Assembly (NCBI GenBank): GCA_951804945.1 | Contig: OX638161.1 | Location: 48,422,001 to 48,486,000, forward strand | Length of the DNA: 64,000 bases | Direction of reading: 5' to 3' | Source: Podarcis cretensis | Lineage: Eukaryota | Position numbers and translations under genes: made by a program | Notes under the pieces: model-generated | The model's database searches: none | What the model saw: the letters and a program-made list of their open reading frames with translations, nothing else | Told to the model about the DNA's origin: nothing | Part shown: piece by piece, positions 21,285-33,763 of the stretch | Layout: each line of letters begins with the position of its first letter | How positions within the stretch are numbered: the first letter of the stretch is position 1

Positions 21285-24200
21285 GGGGGTACCTTGGTTT
21301 ATGAACATAATCCATTCCGGAAGTCTGTTCTTAAACCAAGGCATGCTTTCCCTAATGAGGCCTCCCACTGCTGGTGCCCTTCCACAGTTCAGAGTCCATT
21401 CTTAGACCTAGGTAAAGTTCTCAAACCAAGACACTATTTCCAGTTTTGCGGAGTTTGTAAACCAAATTGTTCTTAAACCGGACTGTTCTTAAACCGAGGT
21501 ACCACTTTATATAAAAAGAAAAAATGAAAATGAACCAAGAAATCCCTTCTCCAAGTAATTTTTGTGCTGGTGTAAAGTTATCTCTGTCACCAGAGCTATT
21601 TCAAAAATTCCAGACATAGTTGTCACATCAATCTTTGTCGAAAAATATAAAGTGTTCTATCTGCATTATTTTTCTCATGACGTGATTGGCCAGAATACTG
21701 CCTGGAAAAGCAGCAAGGCAATTCTAGGCTATAAGGACATTGAATGCAGCACCTTCCAGCTCCTCTGTACCACAATTCATACCTGGTTGAAACCACTGTG
21801 CCAAACAATTAGATCTTCATGAATGATGAGTTCTTCTCCTTCAGGAGCCTCTGGGTCAATCCAACCAATTTTCTCTCTCTGGAAAGAGTTGTTTGGAAAT
21901 ATGACCATATTTATGATGTCAAAGCCGCCTCCCATTTCCCATTTGTCATTAAAGGAAATGGTTTCCCCAGCTGAGTTGTTAAATGAAATCTTGTGAAGAA
22001 CGTGATAGAGCTAAGATAGAAGGAATACAAAAAAGAATGTGGCATGTAAACAAATTGAAGAGTTCATCTTATGTCAGGTAGTGCCTTCAAAAGTTGTTGG
22101 ACTACAATTCTCATCAAGCATTCAGCTTGACTAAATGTCAGGGATTATGTGAATTCATCCTGCATTGCATATTCAGACTCCAGTGACTTCAACAACAACC
22201 ACAACAAGAATCTATAAAATACATTCAACCAATACAATGTCCAACTCCATATCCTCAGTGATTAATGCAGGAGAAAGCTGAATATAACATCACTTTGTAC
22301 TCATTTGTTTATTGAAATAAAAATACTTCTTTGTAGGGACATTACCTGCCAGGGCTGAACATCTTGAAGATCAGTATTGAAACCTTTCTCATTGGCTTTC
22401 TGCTTGGATCGAGACAAGCCCATAACATGCAAAGAATGAGCCACAGCATAAACACCATTATAGATACTATAACTGTGGCCAGTCATGAGGAACTCAAAGT
22501 GTGGCCCAGAAAGACTCTCCAGCCTCTCCTCCCCAGTACATATTTCATCAACATCCATTGTGGCATTGGGGTTAGGAACTAGACAGTCAAAGGCTTGCTC
22601 CCAAAAGTTCTTCAGAAAACCATCTATCTGGGGCCCATAAGGTTTTATGGTCTGAATAAATTCTGTAAACCCTGCAATCTCTTTGGAGTGGATTGTAAAG
22701 GAAATTGCACCTTGGAACATCTGAAGACCCCAGCCCTTTTGAATGCCAGTCAATATGAAATCTATCTGGGTTGTCGTAATCCACACCTTTCTGAGTGATG
22801 TATTCTCCTTCATTCCGGTGTGTCGTATAAATATAATAGTTCTCAGCCATGATATAGTCAATGATTCTCCATATATAATAAAGGTAGTCACTTTATTATT
22901 TGTGTATTGTATATAAACCTCTGTGGCTATATTACCAAGTTCCTCCAAGCTATCCCAGTGGGCTATTTGTGGTATTCTTTCTGTGAATGCTGAACAGATC
23001 GCATACTGGGAAAATAATGGCTCCAGCGTCTGTAAGAAATGTTTGCCACTGCTATTATCAACTGGAAGAAGCCCAACCCATGTCCATTTGAAATATTGGA
23101 GTAACCGGATTATACCTATATACTGCTGAGTTTCATTTGGGACGAGGCGAAAAAAGGATGGCTCTTGAGTGATATGATTCTCTTGTGGGGCAAATGAGCC
23201 ATATGTGAGCTGAAAGAAAATGGACAGATATTGCAAGGAAAAGTTAGGAGTGACTATGTTCCTGATTATACAACTACTATATCTTGAAACAGTCTGGAAA
23301 CCTAGAGTTACAGATAACACTTGAAGTCGAATTTCCCAAGGATATAGAATGTATTGTTATTATAATAAATTAATTATTTGATTTATTGGTTGCTTTGTTA
23401 CGAAGGTAACTCAAAATGCATTCCATTATATAAACAAACATGTTCATTAAAACCACCATAAAAGAAAAACAAAGATAAAAGGCAACATTGGTGGTGGGGT
23501 TTTAAAAAGAAGAAAGCAGGATTAAAACACCCCACCCACTAATGGAAGCCATAGATAATTAAGAGTCAAAGGATTTGCATAAATAAATGTTAAATAACAA
23601 TTGAAGAATAAATACAATATAATGGGTAAATTTAGAAGGATTTTTCTTTTTCTTTTGGTCAGTCCCTGCTTTTGTCAACTCCCTCCTTTTGAACTAGAAA
23701 ATAAAGCTTAGCATAAGAAAGAAGAGCCTGAATCACTCTCACACAAATTTAAATATACAGAGAGAATTCCTACCTGTGGAACCTTATAGGAACCTATAAT
23801 ATCTGCCATGAGGTTAGAGGTATCAGATCCAAGTCCCCCAATGATAGCCATGAGTTTTTTCTGTCTGTCACACTGGTAGTTGGGAACAAATCTATGTGAT
23901 TTGAAGAGCACCTCCAAAGTGGTACGATAAGTCATCCTTGCATCGTAGTAGCTATCATAGATGTGGAATCCAAGTGTGACATTAGGTAGCATCTTAGGAT
24001 TCTCGTTGATTTCGTTCACAGCAAATGCCAAGGCAAGGATGTGTTGGTAGAATTTTGTCACCATTCTGCATATAGAGGTAGAATTCGGTCATCCCTTTCT
24101 ATATTAAGGATGATTACTGCTGTCATGTCATATTGAATTTTGTGTTAGAGTGACATGGATTCTAACAAAAACATTTTGGTTCCACCAGGAAGGCAGCTGC

Positions 24201-25444
24201 AAAAACAGGGGGGGGGGGGTTGGAGGAATCCTTTGTCCAACTTTCAGTAATTTTCTCTTTGAATAAATACATTTGGTTATATTTTGTATTAGAGCAACTT
24301 ATATTGTAATAAAAATATTATTCAGCTCATGTGAATGAGCTTGGGTTTCTTTCAGTGCCAAGCAAAAACTTTTAGAAATGGCTTGGGAGTTTTAAATGTA
24401 CCGTATATCTTTCTCCTGTTGGTTTCAATGTATCTATATGGGAGTGGGGGCTGTCTGTGTGCTTGTAAATTTTGTTGGGTTACCCTATATAAAATAAAGT
24501 GACATATACCGATTCAATAAAGAAGAAGAAGAAGAAGAAGAAGAAGAAGAAGAAGAAGAAGAAGAAGAAGAAGAAGATATTTATGGTGATTTGTGATGCA
24601 CCACAATGATACTATTTTTGGTCTCTATTTCAAAATCCAGAATATATTATGAGTTATGAAGGAGCAAGATCTGAAGTTGACAATTTCATGAACAAAATCA
24701 AGTAAAATGCTAAGGTGCTGAAAAGTTGAAGAATGACAAGAACATCATGCATATGAGATAGCACAAATCAAGTAATCTAACATACCTCTCCTTGTAAAAT
24801 GATGCAGTGGAAGAACTACAATAAAATAGAGGAAAATGCAGAATCTGACCATGAATGAGAATTTTTTAGGTAAGGCAAACTAAACGCACTATTGGAGCTC
24901 TCTTATGAATGCAGCAATACAAGTGCAACTTTAAGTTAAGGAGTAAGTTGTTTCCTGCAGACAAGGTGTGCATCTGCCTACATGGAAATTTGGTCAAATT
25001 AAAGAAAAATGCAATCTCTTAACCCAAACCTCATGTCACATTACACAATGGAAAGAGGTATCACTGCAAAAAGAGAATAAAAGAATAACACAATGGAAAA
25101 GAATTTGGATGTGATTGGGGTTGGCAACACGTACCCTTTTTTTGGGGGGGGGGCATTCTGTCACTTAGAGAGATTTGTATGTGTGTGACCAGCTTCAGAA
25201 CATGCAGAACAAAAGAAGCAATTCCTTACTCTGGAACATCAAACAGGTTCTGAGAAGGATGCTCCTTGAAGACAAATTCATGAGGATGGTAAACTATCTG
25301 AGAAACAATTGCCCCAATGACAAGAGCTCCTGGCTGCAACCACTCATGTGGAACAGTGTGGGGGTCATACACAGGACACTCCACAGTATCGACTTTGGAC
25401 ACCATAGCAGTCAGCAAAGGTAGGAGCACCAGAAGGCAAAGCAT
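19232..25444 (-). CDS. Vomeronasal type-2 receptor V2R-A (class C GPCR), intact 6-exon gene, 875 aa
   Basis: Exons 25444-25230, 24065-23774, 23209-22346, 22010-21783, 20892-20766 (cysteine-rich domain) and 20133-19232 (7[18 protein letters not shown]). All GT-AG, phases consistent, total 2628 nt. Confidence 0.93.
20301..20348. repeat. (AAT)n microsatellite
   Basis: Seen directly. Confidence 0.9.
21284..21508. mobile_element. Tc1/mariner-like MITE in V2R-A intron 4
   Basis: Inverted termini GGTACCTTGGTTTA...TAAACCGAGGTACC; a related end lies at ~27250-27270. Confidence 0.6.
24520..24577. repeat. (GAA)n microsatellite
   Basis: Seen directly. Confidence 0.9.
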
Positions 25445-27076
25445 CCTGTCAGCAAAGCTTCTCTCTAGATTGAGACTCTGCTCTGTTCATCAGCAGACAC
25501 TGCCAGATTTAACAGACTACATTGGTTGGTAGCTAATTCTCACAGTACCTATCTTAAGAGAAATAGATCGGTCATGCCTTTGAGATACAAATACATGCCT
25601 TGACTACTAGTAGATATTTTCAAAAGCCTTTGGGACTTGGGGCAGGTGAACAAAGAATAAGGGTTTCCATGATCCCAGTGGCCCATAATTGGTGCTTTAG
25701 CATTTGGCTCCTGAGTGACATTCCTCCTCACTCACTCCATAGTCAATATGTTAGTTCATTTTCCAGATCTGCTAATAAGTCTCCACTGTTCCTTGTGGCA
25801 AAAGAACAGCAGGTGGCATGGAGAACCCCCTAGGAACTGAATACCAGGAAGGAACAGTGTTCGACAGTGATACTCAAAAATGTTTAAGCTGTTATTCTTC
25901 AAGTGTAGGATAGTGGAGCTGGCTCCAGCGAGGCCTGAGAGAGCCCATTTTGGTGCTGAGCTAGGCTCCCAGAGAAGCTATACTTCTGGGAAGCTCCTTA
26001 TGCCTCTCTCATAGATACTCAACAGTTAAGGCAGAAAGGAATAAGAGCCTTTAAAATGCTTATGCATCCCGATGCTTGCTCGGAATGGGGCGCAGAGCCT
26101 ATCTCTGTTGCCCTGCTTCTCTGCTCTACAGCAGTTGAGGCAGGAAGCTCAGCCCAGGGACTTCCTGGGCTTTCCACCTGAAAAGTGCTGGAGCTGCTCT
26201 CCACACAATTCAGCTGAAAAAAAGCCCTGGTCCCTTCTATATTTTTGTCTAATTGACTTTGACAGTGTGTGCAATTGTGTGTTTCAATTTTGGGGTATCA
26301 TGTACCAGGCTTCCCCCCCCCACCAGGTTGCAGTTCCATCACCTCTCCCCATGTGACGCCTCTGGCTCATGAGAAGACCATCTCCAGAGAACCTTAAGGA
26401 GCAGATTGTAAAAAGTTTGAGCTATGCTGCTAAGAAAGTTTAGTCTCCAGGAAAAGCACCTAGTCAAATTCCTGAGAACAGGAAGCTGAACTTTAGGTCT
26501 CTCAGAGAACCCTTGTTAACCAGGAACCCAGACATTCCTCTTTATTATTGTGATTCTCAGTGATATAAAGAATCCTCCCTTGTTCCCAGAGTGCATGTTG
26601 CAATAACATACAGTGATATGTACACTTTTATTGATTCATAGCTGACTTTATTATTTGATTCCAAGTAGCTTTAAAGCCTCCACAATCTTTACTAAACATT
26701 AAGTATGCACTTGTGCAACTGCTATACAATCATAGGACTCAGCTACATTAGTAAAGAAACAGCAATTTGAATGCACTATGAACATGCAACACCAGATGGC
26801 ACCAGATAGCAAGAAATTATAAAACGCTATTTTCCATAGAGAATTTTTTCTTTGGTTATAATGATCTAAATTGTGACTTATTTAAAGTGCCACCCCCCAG
26901 TGTTTAAATCCACCCATAGACTTATATGTCACATTTTTAACATTGTTAAGCAACTGCACTTACTTCTACCACTACTACTATTTTAGTTCTTCAGTTCATG
27001 TACCACCCATTATCCAAAGATCACATCCATTTTGCAAAAGTCAGCTGCTGACAATATATAATGTACCTTCTCTGGG

Positions 27077-27078
<2 letters not shown>

Positions 27079-27133
<55 letters not shown>
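27079..27133. repeat. (TTTC)n microsatellite
   Basis: Seen directly. Confidence 0.9.
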
Positions 27134-27625
27134 TTGGTAACTGTGGAAGCTGCATCGGATTTTTGGCTTCCAAAAAACATTTGCAAACCGGACCACTCAC
27201 TTAAGGTTTTGCGGCTTTCAGGAGCCGATTTGTTCGGGAGCCAAGCCATTCGACAACCAAGGTACCACTTGGTATGTGTTAATTTTAAATATTTACTGAA
27301 GCAGAAGGCCAATGGTATTATTCGGGTGAGGTTTTCACATTCATCAATTCTGTTACACTGTAACATCATGAAACAGATCATGGACTCTTCAAAGTCCTAA
27401 GTGATTATGTTTACTCTTTTTCTTCTTCTTCTTTTTGGCAAGCAATGCTGCATATGAAAGCTTGAAGTAACAGGATCCTCATTTGAGCAGTGACATTTTC
27501 TCTACCCAAGTCCTTCCTGGAGACCTGTGGCCATTTTTTCAACCCCCACACCTATCCAAAAGAATGTAGAGATCTCTCTGTACCACTGAGAAGATGTTAG
27601 GTATCCAGAAATTAGTGTGTAGGGA

Positions 27626-28007
27626 CAGGGCCATCTTAAGCATATCCGGTGCCGTGGTGCAAAGATCCCTCTGGTGCCTCCACCCCCCCTCCTTTCCCAG
27701 AGTTGCCAACCTTTTTTAGGTACTGCCACTTTGCGGGGCTGGAGGTGGTGGGCAGCAGCTGGAGGGCAGTTCCTCTGGTGGGGAAGAGGCGGAGTCTGGC
27801 CGCAGTGGCTCCCGGCTCAGCTGACCGCTTCGTGCCATGGTGGCATGGCAGGTAGAGACTCCGGGCACCGCACTGCTTCGGCACGGCATGGCGGAGGTGG
27901 GTGAGGGCGGCAAAGAGGGTGGCAAAGAGTGCCTCTTCCCTGGCTCCCTCCAGAACTTGGCGCCTTGGCACCGTGCACCACTAGCCTCTGTGGGTAAGAC
28001 GCCCCTG
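27626..28007. mobile_element. GC-rich non-autonomous hAT-like DNA transposon
   Basis: TIRs CAGGGCCATCTTA / TAAGACGCCCCTG; 8-bp TSD TGTAGGGA / TGCAGGGA. Confidence 0.7.
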
Positions 28008-28674
28008 TGCAGGGAGGAGACTCTCACTCTGCAATAATGACCCTTGCTGCCATTTATGTCTAGTAGTGATTTCCACTGTTGTTTGATGACAGTTACCAAG
28101 CATTCAACATGGCTAATAGAGATTATGGGAATTTGCCCTGAATTGAATATTCAGACTCCAGTTAGAGGACCCAGGAGGGACTATCTGGGAAGCAGGAAAT
28201 GGAAAGGCAACCAACAGGAAGCCTTTCCCCCACCCTAGGCTGAAGAGCCAGCTCTCTTTTATGGCTGTGTGTGTGTGGCTTTTTAGCGGTGCTGGGCTTG
28301 ATAGGAGCCTTGATGGGAGCCAGGAAAGCTGAAATTGGGTCACTGCACAGAAGCAGAAAGATGCCACATCAGAGCAAACTGCTGCACCTCATGACCAGCT
28401 AGGAGCTGGCCAATTCAAGACCATGCGACCAGACCACTGGCTGGAGTGTTGAATCACCCTGAGCATCTGTGGAGGAATCCAAACAACCTTGATGTCACCT
28501 TCATCCTGGGAAAAACCGGCAGGTTATGGAGGAGTGCCCATCACCACTGGGAGGGCTGAAGAACTCGAGAGAGAGTGAGAAGTCTGTGTTGTGAGAAACA
28601 CCCAGGTTTTCCAAAGGAGCCCCCACCAGAATGCTTCCCACCCATCTGATCTCTTCCAGCATCCAGATTTTATC

Positions 28675-28870
28675 TTCAAATATCTAAGGGGTTGTCAGTG
28701 ACACATGGATGGAGCAAGCCTGTTTTCTCCTGCTCCAAAGGTTAAGAAGTCAACCAATAGATACAAGTTAGAAGAAATAAGATACTGGCTAAACATCAGT
28801 AGGAGTTATTCAATAGTAGAATGGACTGCCTTGGAAGGTGGTGGACTCTCCTTCCTTGGTGGTTTTTAAT
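28675..28870 (+). mobile_element. CR1 LINE 3' fragment
   Basis: ttcaaatatctaaggggttgtc...gtggtggactctccttccttgg is typical of CR1 3' ends. Confidence 0.6.
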
Positions 28871-29079
28871 TATTGGATCTGGTGTAATTTATGCCATCTT
28901 AATTTGCACTGGTCTGATTTATGCCAGTTTCTTGTGTACAGAATTGCTCCCTTCCACTTAGTATTTGTGAGGTGAAGTTAATACACAGGGAGGGCAGTCC
29001 TATGCACAAGAAGGTGGGATAAAGTTATTCTAAGCTGAGATGAAGTATGCCTGATCTTTCTTTAAGCAGTATGACAGGT

Positions 29080-29430
29080 AAAAGGTAAAGGGACCTCTAC
29101 CATTAGGTCCAGTCGCGGACGACTCTGGGGTTGCAGTGCTCATTTTGCTTTACCTGCTGAGGCAGCCAGCGTATAGCTTCCTGGTCATGTGGCCAGCATG
29201 ACTAAGCCACTTCTGGCGAACCAGAACAGCACAAGGAAATGCCGTTCACCTTACCGCCAGAATGGTACCTATTTATCTACTTGCACTTTGATGTGCTTTC
29301 GAACTGCTAGGTTGGCAGGAGCAGGGACTGAGCAATGGAAGCTCACCCCATCATGGGGACTCGAACCACGACCTCCCGATCAGCAAGCCCTAGGCTCTGT
29401 GGTTTAGACCACAGCGCCACCCGTGTCCAA
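29080..29430 (-). mobile_element. Near full-length Sauria SINE
   Basis: (ACCTTT)n tail on the minus strand, tRNA-like head, 12-bp TSD AGTATGACAGGT (29068-29079 and 29431-29442). Confidence 0.85.
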
Positions 29431-30733
29431 AGTATGACAGGTTGTTTGGTGTAATTCTCCAAAAGGGGGAATTCTGGGGGTATGGTATGTTCGGGTGAAT
29501 ATAAATAAATCAGTCCAGAGACAGATTGGTTCTTATCTCTAGAAGCGTTTATTTACAAGCCATAAATCAGTCTCTTTCCATCGGAAACCTCCGCCATTCC
29601 GACATCTCTCTGTGCTTCCAAAAGCACACAGATTCACAGCCTCTCCGTTGAGCTGTGTCTCTCAGTCAGAAGTGAAAGCAACTCTGCTCACAGACTGTGA
29701 CGCACTTCTCTGCCTCAAGCTCCTTCCAGATACAGGACGCCATGGAGTTTTAACCCTGTCAGTTCCAAACTCCACATGGTAAGGGCAGGACCAGGGTGGG
29801 GAGACCTTCACTGTAGCCTAAGCCAGTTTTCCAAAGGCTAGTTTCCCCTCTGCCAGGCCGATGCAGAGCATCAAAAAGCTTTGGGTTTTGTGAAACTTTA
29901 AGCTGCCTTAATTTACACTGGCTTGCTTTATGCCAGCTTCTTGTGTGTAGGAGTGGTTCCTATGAGTGCAATTCTATCACAATTGACCTGGGAGTATTCC
30001 TCATTGAATGCAATACTTCTGAATAGACATGGTTAGAGTCATGTGAAGTGAATTGGTAGGTCCAGGGATTGTGTACTCATGGGGATGGTAGATGGTTGAA
30101 GGAGCGCCCTAGGTGGGAAACAGGGAAATGTCAGTCTCCCAGGGTGAGAGGTTGGAAGGAGAAAGGCAGAATTCCAGGTGAAAGCTGGAAGGGGCTGCTG
30201 CCTTCTGTGGGATGTGGGGGCTGATAATTGCCTTTAGGAGAAACTCCCTACCCTGTATTTTCCTGTAGTTTTAAATATCATTATCTTGTGGAAAATTTTT
30301 AATAAAATATTATAATAAAAAATAAGGCGTGCAAAGAACTAAGATTTGCTATTGTGGGTAGTCACTTCAATGGCATGTGATGAAGAATAATTATCTCTCG
30401 GGAAATATTGAAATCACTATAATTTGTTCATCTGCCAAAAGCTCGAACAGTTTTTCCAAAAGACAATAAAAAAATTCTAACCAAGCAAGTTTAGAAGTGG
30501 TAATAAATAACTCCCTGTGCCATAGACTGCTGGGAGAAAGGGCAAGAGGCACGTAGGGTCTGCCTCAACTTGAAATTATAATGTTGACAATGTCTGCTAT
30601 ACCTCAAAGCATTTGTTTCCCAGGGATACTGAAGGCTGAGTGAGGTACCAACCAATGTGGTTTGCTTAAGTCAAGCAGTTACTGAAAATGAGCAGAGGAG
30701 AGTCTGTGTTAAGGGCAAGGCTTTGCTGACTGG

Positions 30734-33718
30734 ATGTTTCTGTTTATGTTCCTGCTTCTGCTGCCTCACACAGTGTACAAAGTGGCTAGTATGGTGTGCC
30801 CCACAAATGAACCCATCCCTGTTCCCCATGAGTGGCACCAGCCAGGAGGCCTCATCATTGGTGGAATTGCTTCTCAGATCATTTACCATTCTCTGGAAAT
30901 TGACTTCAAAGAACCGCCTTCTCAGAAACTGTTTCAAGATCCAGAGTAGGGAATTGCAATTTTCTCCCACCCCTCTACTCGTTTTGTCATTGGCAAGATC
31001 ACAAAGAAATGTTTAAGTAGGACACACCCACACATCCACACACAATTACAACAATTTTTTTCATGCTGATAAGTTTTTAGGGAAAGCAAAATAATTTAAA
31101 TGAAGACTTGAAGGAATCTGCACAAGCAACTACAAAAATATATCTGTGAATAATTTTGTTTTTGTTTGCTTCTTATTTTTTATAAAAAAAATAAAAATAA
31201 AGCCCAGTGATGAATGTGGTCAGGTATATTTTGAGGGTGTCAAATTCATTTTAAATACCTGATAATAGCAAAACAATAATACTAATAATAATACTACTAC
31301 TACTAATAATAATAATAAGCCCAGTCCCATTTTATTGATCAGCACACAATGTTCTTGAGGCTAGAGGTGATTCCTCTTCTCGTAAGACACTTCATTTAAG
31401 TTGTCATTTCTTATTTCTTATTTCTTTGGTTTTTATTTCTACTTTTCAAATATATACATGTCATTAGTTTTACAATCAATTTAACATTTCAAGATTTGAC
31501 TTCCACCTCCCCCTTTCTGCAGTTCCTTAAATTTATTTTTAAAATATCTTTTTCATATCCAGGTTCATTTAACTTGCTCATTTAATTATCTACTGTAAAT
31601 ATATACGCGTATAAAACTGCAGGTTATTACAATAATCCTGCTAATGTTTATATCTGTTTACAATTTATCTGTAAATATTCAATAAACCATTTCCATTCTT
31701 TTATTTTTAAAAAATTGGTATCTTGATTTCTTATTCTTCAGGTAAGTTTCGCCATTTCTGCACATTCCATAAGTCTTTGTATCCATTCTTCCTTTGCTGG
31801 GACTTCTGCTTCTTTCCACTTTGGGGCAAGTAACATTCTTGCTGCTGCAGTAGCTTACATAAATAATTTTCTATACAATTTAGAAAGTTCTGACCCTATA
31901 ATTCCCAAAAGAAATTGGGCAATTAGGTTGTAATTCCTGTGAAACTCAAATCCACATCTAGGTTTCCACATTTTTCTTTATTTATTCTGACAGTTGGCAG
32001 AACAAAGTCCTATGCAGAGAGAAATAAAAGGATATGCTTATTATAACTGAAGTAAGAAACACAGAGAAATTTCTGGTATGGTGATATAACAACTTCAGGC
32101 ATTGTAATAAATGCCTTCTCTTTGCAGAATGATAACGAAATTTTACCAGCACATCCTTTCTTTGGCATTTGCTGTGGATGAGATCAACAAGAACCCGACA
32201 CTCTTGCCCAATGTCACACTTGGCTTCCACATCTATGACAGCTACTATAATGCAATGGCAACTTATCGTACCACCTTAGACCTCCTCTTCAAGTCACATA
32301 AATTTGTTCCCAATTACATATGTGACACAAGGAAAAATGTCATAGCTGTCATTGGTGGTCTTGGCTCTGATATTTCTTCCTTAATGGCAGACATTTTAGG
32401 TTTCTATAAGATTCCACAGGTAGGAATTCTCTCTGTCTCTGTCTGTCTGTCTGTCTGTCTATGCATGTATGTTTTAAAGCTCTGTTTGGGGACTGTATAG
32501 CAAGATGAATTGAAGTGATTTATGGGCCCTCACCCGTTTACTTAAAACACAACAAACCAAGATTTTTCAGGGCTGTCATTCTGCACTATATTCTATATCT
32601 CTGCACTATATTCCTTATTTAATTCTAGGTTTCTTTAGATTTAAGCCCTAAAGATATCCAAGAACAGTGATTTCCTGTTTAAGTTGCAAAAAAAGAGAGC
32701 TGGAAATCTAGGCCCCATTATTTCCTGTAAATTAGCTGCCGAGAGAACAGTGCTAGCAGCAGCAGTAATATTTTTGTTGCGAGTCTCTACAGCATACTGA
32801 GCAACACATTTAGGATGAGAACACACAACAACAAGAAGAAAAAACAACAAGAAGAAGCAGATATGCACTCATTAAAGTGGGATGGAAGAAATATGAGAAG
32901 TGAACAGAGAGAGGAAATGTAGAGAATGACAAAGTTGCAATTAGACTTGAAAGCAAAATAATGCCATTTGAGGCAAATTATCAGAAGTGTCTTGGGCTTT
33001 CTGAAGGACTCATGAGGCATATTCTCTAAAACAGAGTTGAATTTTGACTCTGAACATCCCCAAGCTTCCATGATATGCTGCCCACCACTTAAAGGAAATA
33101 ATCTGTAACAGTTCAAGATGCAGTATTTTTTTAAAAATCTCCTCTGCTTCAATAAAAACTTCCAGAGCACTTCAGAACTCTGCAGGCCTGTAAAAGCTAG
33201 ACCACAAATATCCAACCAGTGTTACAAAATATACAAGCCAGAAAACATATCAACCACCTTACCTCTTAACTTGTTTAAGGTAAGGAGGAGACAGCCCCCT
33301 GCTTCAACTGCTCCATAAGAGTTTATAAAGCAAATCCCATTTCCTCCCGTAACACCTAGATCTATTTTTGTTTAATGTGGCATGCTAATCCAATGTGCAG
33401 GGTCTCCTGTATATGGAATTTCCATGCCATATGGCTAAAAATAGGGGGAGAGAATTATAACCTTTTTTTTTTTCAATTCTACATTATAGTGGAAGGGTGA
33501 ACATAGACCTTCACATCAAACACAGTGGCTTGGAACAGATCAAAATGGAGAGAGCAACGGAAAACTCAGAAACATTGTTCATATTTATTTATTTGTTTGT
33601 TTTAAGCCCAGTTACAGATATTAGGAGATTTTGGAGCACACACACACACACACACAGTTGTAGTAAATTACACTCTTCTGAGCCCGGCTTCGGCTGGGGA
33701 GGGCGGGATATAAATAAA

Positions 33719-33763
<45 letters not shown>

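Noticed and set aside
23486-23544. Imperfect inverted repeat in V2R-A intron 2
   Set aside because: Short, gapped and low-complexity; no support for a structured RNA.
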